DNA of 64,000 nucleotides from Barthelona sp. PCE (taxonomy: Eukaryota): contig JAUFOR010000003.1 in assembly GCA_040285745.1 (NCBI GenBank), positions 124,001 to 188,000 of the forward strand, read 5' to 3'. The position numbers and the translations under genes were made by a program. The notes under the pieces were generated by a model that was not told the origin of the DNA, did no database searches, and saw nothing but the letters and a program-made list of their open reading frames with translations. This document shows, in pieces, positions 30,946 to 38,639 of this stretch (the first letter of the stretch is position 1; each line of letters begins with the position of its first letter).

Positions 30946-31366
30946 TATCAATGTCTTAAAGCCCTAAAAATTGTAAGGAGTGATATAATGTAAAACAAAG
31001 CTGAACTTATGATATCTCTTTTTCAATTGTTTAAAGTTTTCTAAACAACGATTTTCTACAAAATTTTTGAGAAAAAAACGATGAACAAGTACCTAAACAA
31101 AACCTGCACTTTTTCAGCCAATTCTTCTTTCAATATTGATATTGTCGCGGCAAAAAAGGATTTTAGAACACATATATAGTTGTTCTCAGAACTGAATTTG
31201 CTATTGCATTATTCATTAGTAATTAAAAATTAATCGCCAAGTCTGCACAATATGGCTTCCCAAACTATTTCAAACATTATAGAACCTACCACCATACAAC
31301 AAAGCAATCACCATATTAGCATTAGAAGAAACCAGACCGATTTCAAATAAAATCCCCAATTCAACA

Positions 31367-32596
31367 ATGGATTATATGTTCGGCATTCCAACAAAGCTCT
31401 TTATTGGGCCTAGTTCCACAAAATCTGTAATTTCTTTCATTCCTGAAGGATCCAAAATCCTACTCGTCTTTGGTGGTGGATCAATTATGCGTAATGGTTG
31501 CTATGATGACATCATCGAACTCACAAACGAGCGCAACATCGAGCTTATCGAACACGGAGGTTGTCCTCCTAACCCTACCGTTCAATTTATGAGAGAAGGT
31601 GCGAAGAAGTGCCTTGAGAACAATTGTGGTGGAATTCTCGCCGTCGGTGGAGGCTCTTGTGCTGATGCTAGTAAGGCAATGATCGGTCAATGCCAGTTGG
31701 CAAAGGAAGACAGTGAAAAAGACATCTGGGATGATTATTATGTTACAAGATTACCTGCACCTGAGAAGACAGAAAACACCCTCCCACTATACATCATTGA
31801 AACAATCAGTGGAACAGCGTCACTCCACAACCATGGAAGTGTGCTATCCGATCCTAGTATTAACAAAAAGGTGTCGACCAGAACTTTAGCCTGGTACGCA
31901 CAAGCTTCTGGTGTCGATCCAAAGTACCAGCTCACTGTTTCCCGTTACCAGCGTGAGTGCACCATTTTTGACATCTTTGCTCATTCGTTTGAGTGTATCG
32001 TCATGATAGCACACATGCCAAGCGTGCCTCAGTCAGGCTTCTATCATCTAATTGGGCTCCAGAAGGGCCTCTTCTCGGCTCTAGATAGATACCACAGCAC
32101 TGATAACGAACAGGAGCTCTTAAATATTCATGCTGAGCTTGCGTATCTGGCTGCATTTGCCCTCAACTTCAGCGCTTACCCTCAGGTTTTCTCAGGTCTT
32201 AATCATCTTTTGGGACATGGATGTACCGCGTATGACTCACTTGTTGATGGCAAGACAGTTAATATGACTCATGGAGCCTCTTTAATTCAAACAATGCCCG
32301 CTGTTATCCATCTATTTGATAAATATTATCCTGAGGTGGACGGATTCGTTAAATACGGAAAGGAACTGTTTGGTGATGAGGTTGAGACCTCTGCAGATTT
32401 CCTAAGATTCTATTTTGATAAGGTTACGACAACCATTGTTGAGAAGAATTTCACAGAGTTTTTCAAGGGTGAAGTTCCTGCCGACTTCATTCCTTTCCTT
32501 GTCGATCACTATTTTGATCATGCCCCCGGTGGTCTGGGTATGGGTAAAATTCCCACTCGTGAGGAAATCACCGAGGCTCTTCAACTCTGCCTCTAG
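31367..32596 (+). CDS. Iron-containing alcohol dehydrogenase, BdhA/YqhD-like
   Basis: PTKLFIG, LLVFGGGSIMRNG, PNP, AVGGGSCADASK, and metal ligands DIFAH, NHLLGH and THG. Confidence 0.9.
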   Translation: MDYMFGIPTKLFIGPSSTKSVISFIPEGSKILLVFGGGSIMRNGCYDDIIELTNERNIELIEHGGCPPNPTVQFMREGAKKCLENNCGGILAVGGGSCADASKAMIGQCQLAKEDSEKDIWDDYYVTRLPAPEKTENTLPLYIIETISGTASLHNHGSVLSDPSINKKVSTRTLAWYAQASGVDPKYQLTVSRYQRECTIFDIFAHSFECIVMIAHMPSVPQSGFYHLIGLQKGLFSALDRYHSTDNEQELLNIHAELAYLAAFALNFSAYPQVFSGLNHLLGHGCTAYDSLVDGKTVNMTHGASLIQTMPAVIHLFDKYYPEVDGFVKYGKELFGDEVETSADFLRFYFDKVTTTIVEKNFTEFFKGEVPADFIPFLVDHYFDHAPGGLGMGKIPTREEITEALQLCL

Positions 32597-32623
32597 TTCA
32601 AAAAATGTGCAAAATAAATTTAA

Positions 32624-32928
32624 TGGTCTTGATCAGGACGATCCTGTAATTGATTTTGAACAGAGAATGGAATAGAACGTATGCGGGTGTATTTTGATTT
32701 CTCACCATTTACAGTTTCCTATTTATTTTATTGTATTATTAGTAATTGAAATACTACTATTTTTCAGATATATGGACTTCCAAACTCTGAAGAAGGTAGC
32801 CCGTATGCGGCACCATATCCGAACTTAGATCTCTGTAAAGAATCTGTTTACTGTCTTTTATTATTAGTGAACAGTGATGAGACTTGGAACATCCTTACAA
32901 ACAATAGGAGTCTCTGTAGTCATGGAAA
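32624..32928. repeat. Left flank L2 with the most complete direct-repeat module
   Basis: Matches 11563-11849 and contains segments shared with 14300-14444, 38483-38631 and 24001-24048. Confidence 0.9.
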
Positions 32929-32941
32929 CTATTCATTATGA
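32681..32941 (+). other. Putative two-exon 68-aa ORF inside the repeat (exons 32681-32713 and 32768-32941; GT-AG intron 32714-32767)
   Basis: Removing the AT-rich GTTTCC...TTTTCAG segment, which has an in-frame TGA, gives MRVYFDFSPFTIYGLPNSEEGSPYAAPYPNLDLCKESVYCLLLLVNSDETWNILTNNRSLCSHGNYSL. Confidence 0.35.
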
Positions 32942-35064
32942 TAATGCTCATGATAATCGGGCATGTGGTACTCAACGATGGACGCCTCGGCCAGGAACGA
33001 TGGAAGGTGGAACGTTTCCACTGTGGGATTCATCGATTCCGGGTCTTCCTCAATATTGTAAGTTTTCAGCACCATTGTCTTGGTCTCTTCTTCGTATGAC
33101 ATGTCTTGAACAGTGTTATTGGGCAGATTTGGATCGTGGCTTATGTTCAATTCATATGGTAAACTGTCGTTTATGTAAAAATGCGTTTCAATTGCACCAT
33201 CTTCAACGTATACTTTAATGATACCACCCCTCACCTGTATGTATGAATCTCCCACGAAATTACGGAAACTGTGACCTTCCTCAATTTTTTCATTCTTATT
33301 ATTCTGATAAAGGTGAACAGGCTCTAAGAATCTTCCTGTTGACCAATCTAAACAGTGTAAATGTTGCGTTGTTGCAACCCTACTGTGTGTACATACAACA
33401 AACAGCTGATGATCAGGTGTTTCAGCCAATGGACGAGGGTTGAAGTAAACATCATATAAATATTCATGTTCAAAAATAATGTGCTTTTGAACCTCCACGT
33501 CATACCCGTTGACATTAAGTTGAAAGAAATGGGTTGCTTCAATACATACAATGCACGCTGAATTATCAAAATGTGAACCATGAACACTTAGAACATAAAA
33601 ATTCGGTGGAAGATCCAAAATCATCTTTTCTCCCAAATACACCAACCCTGCACGATTCTCAAGGTCAACATTTAAAGGCAACCCTTGAATAAAACCATAG
33701 TTTTCTGAACCACAATGAGGCAAAATGGTTGTGATTGGCTTAAATTCTGAGCCGTTCCAGCATAATTTGACATATGTAGTTACTACTTCACTACGTACCT
33801 TTGCCATTACAAAAAATTCATCTCCTTCATTTGGATGAACTGATCGGATCTCGCAGCTCGTATGTGAAAACGGTTTCCTACACCCACGCAGCACAATAAG
33901 CTTCCTTTCTTTGAAAAAAAAGTAACATCTTATTGAAGCGTTATGACCATACACTTCCGTTATTCCATCAAAAAAAATGCGGTTTGGTTGAAGACTGTTC
34001 AACCAAAACACCTCATTATCAACTGTTCTGAATTTGATTAGGCCACAACGTCCTGTTATTTTATCAACACTATAAAAAACACAATCTTCATCATGAAAGT
34101 AATTATCGTTCAAGTCTATATGCTTCCAGCCATCGCAAATTACGTTCTTAAAATTCAGTTTACCCTCTGACATCTTCAATTCACCGTTTTCGATATGAAC
34201 TACCACACATCTTGAATAAATGAATATCATTGACAATACATTCTGAGTGAGCGTTAATAATGAAAAACTCGAGTATCTGTTAATATTCAATCCTTTAAGC
34301 TGTGGAAACCTTTCTGTTAAATTAACGCGGTTCCTCTGACAGTCAAATATTATTAGTTCATCAATTTCTTGATCGCGAAAGCTAACTAGGCAAATGCAAT
34401 CCGAGTTCAAACACCACATGATGATGATGTATCCTGAATAGATTCCATGTAACTGCTCAATATCAGGTTCATGTGCCTCGTCCATGTCATCAACAGAAAA
34501 ATTGTAATGCCATGTGGTATCATCTTGGCATTTCCTTAACATAATGTAGTTTGAATTGATGTTTGATTCAATTAAGTCATACTCTCCAAGACATCTATAT
34601 TCGTCGGTTAGCGCACTTAATATGTAGCACAGAATCACTTGCCTGTTATTAACGGTTTCATCAATGGTTAATAGTAGGTGGTTTTCATCCATCGGAATTA
34701 TATCTATTACCAAGAATTTGGTCAAGCACAATGGAAATGGTATTCTCCTTCTTATATGCTCATCGCTCATGATATGATCAAATAATAAGATATCAAGATG
34801 GGTTATAATACCACTGTCATCACTAATCATATCGATGATCATATAAGATTCTCCAGCTTTTAATTTGGATGTGTATTGAAGAGGCTTACGCGTATCCTCC
34901 ACATATCCAACAAAGTCCTTGTCTTCAATAGCGCTTTCAATGAGGCTGATTTCGGTGATTTCTCTTGAATTAATCAATGCTACGCCCTCTCCCTCAAATA
35001 TCAGCTGCCCCTCGGGATATGCCCTGATGATAAGGTCGTCCTCGAACTTTCGAACCCTAGGCAT
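32929..35064 (-). CDS. MPRVRK-family protein, copy 2
   Basis: 711 aa, collinear with copies 1 and 3, with the same C-terminus as copy 1. Confidence 0.85.
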   Translation of the reverse strand: MPRVRKFEDDLIIRAYPEGQLIFEGEGVALINSREITEISLIESAIEDKDFVGYVEDTRKPLQYTSKLKAGESYMIIDMISDDSGIITHLDILLFDHIMSDEHIRRRIPFPLCLTKFLVIDIIPMDENHLLLTIDETVNNRQVILCYILSALTDEYRCLGEYDLIESNINSNYIMLRKCQDDTTWHYNFSVDDMDEAHEPDIEQLHGIYSGYIIIMWCLNSDCICLVSFRDQEIDELIIFDCQRNRVNLTERFPQLKGLNINRYSSFSLLTLTQNVLSMIFIYSRCVVVHIENGELKMSEGKLNFKNVICDGWKHIDLNDNYFHDEDCVFYSVDKITGRCGLIKFRTVDNEVFWLNSLQPNRIFFDGITEVYGHNASIRCYFFFKERKLIVLRGCRKPFSHTSCEIRSVHPNEGDEFFVMAKVRSEVVTTYVKLCWNGSEFKPITTILPHCGSENYGFIQGLPLNVDLENRAGLVYLGEKMILDLPPNFYVLSVHGSHFDNSACIVCIEATHFFQLNVNGYDVEVQKHIIFEHEYLYDVYFNPRPLAETPDHQLFVVCTHSRVATTQHLHCLDWSTGRFLEPVHLYQNNKNEKIEEGHSFRNFVGDSYIQVRGGIIKVYVEDGAIETHFYINDSLPYELNISHDPNLPNNTVQDMSYEEETKTMVLKTYNIEEDPESMNPTVETFHLPSFLAEASIVEYHMPDYHEHYHNE

Positions 35065-35129
35065 ATGGATGTGGTGAGAATTCCGGAAACAATGAACAAA
35101 TTTTCATAACCTCTTTCAGCTCGAAATTT

Positions 35130-35641
35130 ATGAGCAGAAATGCATCGAAAGCACGAAAAATCGCGGATATAGCCCGGGAGGCGCCCAATTACGCTTCAAA
35201 ATGCACGTTCAAACACGTTCATATCTTGCTCTCCCCTTCTGACGGCGGTGCGTGGAAAGTTACCCTGCACTCGAGCACAGGGGGCACGTTCATCGACACG
35301 CAGCTCAACAACGACGTGTCATCACTCATCAACGAAACAAATCCTGAAAAGATCTTGTTGTCGTGTACGGAGCCATCGGTATCGTCAACAATAGCAACAG
35401 AGATGGATTGTGCGAGACGCACTTTGTTACTTTCACATACAACAATGATGGTATTGAAATTCTGAACCGTGTCGTTGTTCCGGAAGTTTACACTCACATG
35501 TGCGTGTATGACAGGAATCTGGGCATCATCAGTGCTAACCAAAACGTCATAACCACTTACATAGTACTTAACGACGGATCGCTCGTGAACAGAACCGAGC
35601 ACCATCTTCCGTTTCCGATTATATGTGGAGTATTCCCATAA
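35130..35641 (+). pseudogene. Frameshifted ~170-aa beta-rich ORF, head-to-head with copy 2
   Basis: ORFs 35130-35465 and 35363-35641 join if one base is added in the A-run at 35347-35350, giving ...NETNPEKDLVVVYGAIGIV. CpG-rich compared with its flanks. Confidence 0.45.
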
Positions 35642-36025
35642 GCCAATTGAAAGTGAAAGTGGTGTTGATTATGATTATTTTTTGAAATGTACTGAGGATT
35701 GTGAAAAAGGGACATTATATTCATTTTTTATATTTTTCATATTGGCTTTAGTTGTTATTTTTTTACTAGCATTAAACAGATCAAATAAATTGGAACCTTA
35801 GGCATGTGAAAAATTGAACTACATTTGTTATTCTATTTTTTGTTTACTTTTACCAATTGTACTTGCGGAAATATGTCATTAGGTGTTGCCTGTCAGAAGC
35901 AGAAATGAATTATGCTGGATTAACAAATTTTGTTTCATTATTACAACAAGTATGGCGTCTTCAACATAAAAGTGTGTCTGTTTTTATGCTAAGGTACTGA
36001 GCTATTCATTATTCATCTGGGCATG

Positions 36026-38155
36026 TTAATCTGGCATATGGTACTCAAAGATGGATGCTTCGGCCATGAAAGATGGAAGGTGAAACCTTTCTACAGTGGG
36101 ATTCATCGATTCCGGGTCTTCCTCAACGTTGTATGTTTTCAACACCATTGTCTTGGTCTCTTCTTCGTATGACATGTCTTGAATAACGTTGTTAGGCAGA
36201 TTTGGATCGTTGCTTATCCTCATGTTAGAAGAATATGGTAAATTGTTGTTTGTAAAAAAATGCGTTTTAATTGCACCATCTTTAACGTATGCTTTAATGA
36301 TACCACCCACTACGTGTATGTATGAATCACCCACGAAATTACAGAAACTGTGGCCTTCTTCCACGATGTAATAATTGTCCGAATCATATTCTGATTCTTG
36401 GTAATGATAGTCTTCCCACGATTCATCAAAATCCCCATAATAAAGGAGAACAGGCTCTAAGAAGCTTCCTGTTGACCAATCAAGACAATGCAAATATTCC
36501 ACTTCAAGACCTTTATCATCTTCACGTATAACAAATAGCTGATGATCAGGTGTTTCAGCCAATAGACGAGGGTTAAAGTAAACATTACATGTATATCCAG
36601 GTTTAAAAACAATGTGCTTTTGAACCTCCACGTTATACCCGTTGACATTGAATTGAAAAAAATGGATTGCTTCATCACATACAATGCACGCTGAATTATC
36701 AAAATGTGAACCATTGACACTTATGACTCTAATATTCGGGGGAAGATCCAAAATCAGCTTACTTCCCAAATAAACCAAGCCTGTACGATCTTCAAGACGT
36801 TCAACATTGACAGGCAACCCTTGAATAAAACCACAGTTTTCAGTACCACAATGAGGCAAAATAGTTGTGATGGGTTCGGGTTCTGAGTCGTTCCAACGTA
36901 ATTTGACATATGTAGTACCTGTTTCACTAATTACATCTGCCAATACAAAAAAATCATCTCCTTCATTTGGTTGAACTGATTGGATCTTGTAGCGCATACG
37001 TGAAAACAGTTTCCATAGCCCATGCAGCACAATAAGCTTCCTTTCTTTATAAAAAAAGTAGTATCTTATCAAAGAGTCGACATATATCTCCGCTATTCCA
37101 TCAAAAATGATGCTAGTTGGCTGAAGACTTTTTAAACACATAACCTCATTGATAGTCTCTCTGAATTTGATTGGGCCATAACGTTTTGTTCTTCTATCAA
37201 CACCATAAAAAACACAATCTTCATGATGAAAGGAATTATCGTTCAAGTCTATATGTTGCAAGTCATTGCAGAGTACATTCGAAAAATTCTTTTCACCCTC
37301 TGACATCTTCAATTCGCCGTTTTCGATATGAATCACCCTGATAACTGAATCAATTAATACCATTGACAAAACATTTTGAGTGAGCGTTAATAATGCAAAA
37401 TTAAAGTTTTTGCCAACAATCAATCCTTTAAGCTGTGGAAATCTTTCTGTTAAGTTAACTTGGTTCCTCCGACAGTCAAATATTATTAGTTCATCAATTT
37501 CTTTATCACGAAACCTGACTGAGAAAATGCAATCCGAGTTTAAGCACCCGAAGTGTTCTAAATGAACACCACCATGAAACTGCTCAATATCAGGTTCATG
37601 TGCCTCGTCCATGTCATCAACAGAAAAATTGTAATGCCATGTGGTATCATCTTGGTATTTCTTTAACAAAATGTAGTTTGAATTAATAGTCAAATGAGAG
37701 TTATAATTTCCAATACATCTATATTCCTCAGTTATAACATTTAATATGTAGCATCTATGGATATATCTGTCATTAACGATTTCCCCAATGGTGAATAGTA
37801 GATGGTTTTCATCCATCGGAATTATTCTTGTAAGATCTCTTAAGCTGTTCATCTCAAATGGGAAGGGTATTCTTCTTCTTGTATGTTCATCACTCATGAT
37901 ATGATCAAATAATAAGATATGCTGTTTGATGATCATGTGAGATTCTCCTGCTCTAAGCTTAGATGTGTACTGAAAAGGCTCATCTGTACTCCCCACATAC
38001 CCAACAAAGCCCTTGCCTTCAATAGCGCTTTCAATGAGGCTGATATCTTTTTCTCTTGATTGAAGCAACCTTAGACCCTGGCCCTCAAATATCAGTTGGC
38101 CCTCGGGATATGCCTTGATGACAAGGTCTTCCTCCAATTTACGAACCCTAGGCAT
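36026..38155 (-). CDS. MPRVRK-family protein, copy 3
   Basis: Homology places the start at ATG 38155 (MPRVRKLEED). It ends at a TAA eight codons before the homologous TAG. Confidence 0.85.
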   Translation of the reverse strand: MPRVRKLEEDLVIKAYPEGQLIFEGQGLRLLQSREKDISLIESAIEGKGFVGYVGSTDEPFQYTSKLRAGESHMIIKQHILLFDHIMSDEHTRRRIPFPFEMNSLRDLTRIIPMDENHLLFTIGEIVNDRYIHRCYILNVITEEYRCIGNYNSHLTINSNYILLKKYQDDTTWHYNFSVDDMDEAHEPDIEQFHGGVHLEHFGCLNSDCIFSVRFRDKEIDELIIFDCRRNQVNLTERFPQLKGLIVGKNFNFALLTLTQNVLSMVLIDSVIRVIHIENGELKMSEGEKNFSNVLCNDLQHIDLNDNSFHHEDCVFYGVDRRTKRYGPIKFRETINEVMCLKSLQPTSIIFDGIAEIYVDSLIRYYFFYKERKLIVLHGLWKLFSRMRYKIQSVQPNEGDDFFVLADVISETGTTYVKLRWNDSEPEPITTILPHCGTENCGFIQGLPVNVERLEDRTGLVYLGSKLILDLPPNIRVISVNGSHFDNSACIVCDEAIHFFQFNVNGYNVEVQKHIVFKPGYTCNVYFNPRLLAETPDHQLFVIREDDKGLEVEYLHCLDWSTGSFLEPVLLYYGDFDESWEDYHYQESEYDSDNYYIVEEGHSFCNFVGDSYIHVVGGIIKAYVKDGAIKTHFFTNNNLPYSSNMRISNDPNLPNNVIQDMSYEEETKTMVLKTYNVEEDPESMNPTVERFHLPSFMAEASIFEYHMPD

Positions 38156-38637
38156 ATAGCTGTAATGAAGTAGGTGAACAGTGATAAAGCATGTATTTCT
38201 AAAAATTAGTGCTTGCACGTGGCATATAAAGATGATATAATACACGTGAAGCGAAAACAGAAAGCGAGAATGTGAAACAGAACTGCATTCGCATTTCTAT
38301 CCGCTCACAGATTTATTGATGTGGTTCGCAGGGCTTGTAGCGCGTGACACGTAAGATTTTGGACGCGTGCGGGCATTGGCTTGGTTGTGGAGCACTTTTT
38401 TGCTGCGTTGTGGGTACGGATTGCAGATAATATATTTGAGTGTTTTGCAGATGAGCTACAACCCAAATTTTATTCTTTTATGGTTTCCTATTTATTTTTT
38501 GTACTATCAATATTGAAATACTATTAACTTTCAGATGTATGGACTTCCAAACTTAATTCTTTCTCTGTAAAGAGTCTGTTTACTCTCCCTTACTACCCGT
38601 TAACATGGATGAGACTCTGGATGAAAATCATAATACA
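38156..38637. repeat. Right flank R3: upstream region plus direct-repeat module (38483-38631)
   Basis: Near-identical to 13971-14450. Confidence 0.9.
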
Positions 38638-38639
38638 AT

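Larger units (their letters stand above)
32624..38637 (-). mobile_element. Repeat-bounded cassette 2 carrying two MPRVRK-family genes and a frameshifted passenger ORF
   Basis: Same outer flanks as cassette 1. It lies between the convergent stops of the Fe-ADH (32596) and SPATA4-like (38640) genes. Confidence 0.45.

Noticed and set aside
36002-36028. Stop-codon reassignment as in hexamitine diplomonads
   Set aside because: Conserved genes are uninterrupted in the standard code and end at TAA or TAG at the expected positions.
11850-38155. Diversity-generating retroelement as the source of family variation
   Set aside because: No reverse transcriptase or template/variable repeat pair in the window. 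Variation spans the whole gene, includes indels and is not visibly adenine-specific.
38156-38245. 30-aa N-terminal extension of copy 3 in the ORF track
   Set aside because: It starts at a non-ATG codon, and the paralogues begin at MPRVRK.
11654-38631. Repeat modules as a CRISPR array or canonical retroviral LTRs
   Set aside because: No regular repeat-spacer periodicity, no TG...CA termini, PBS or PPT recognised, and no gag/pol genes.
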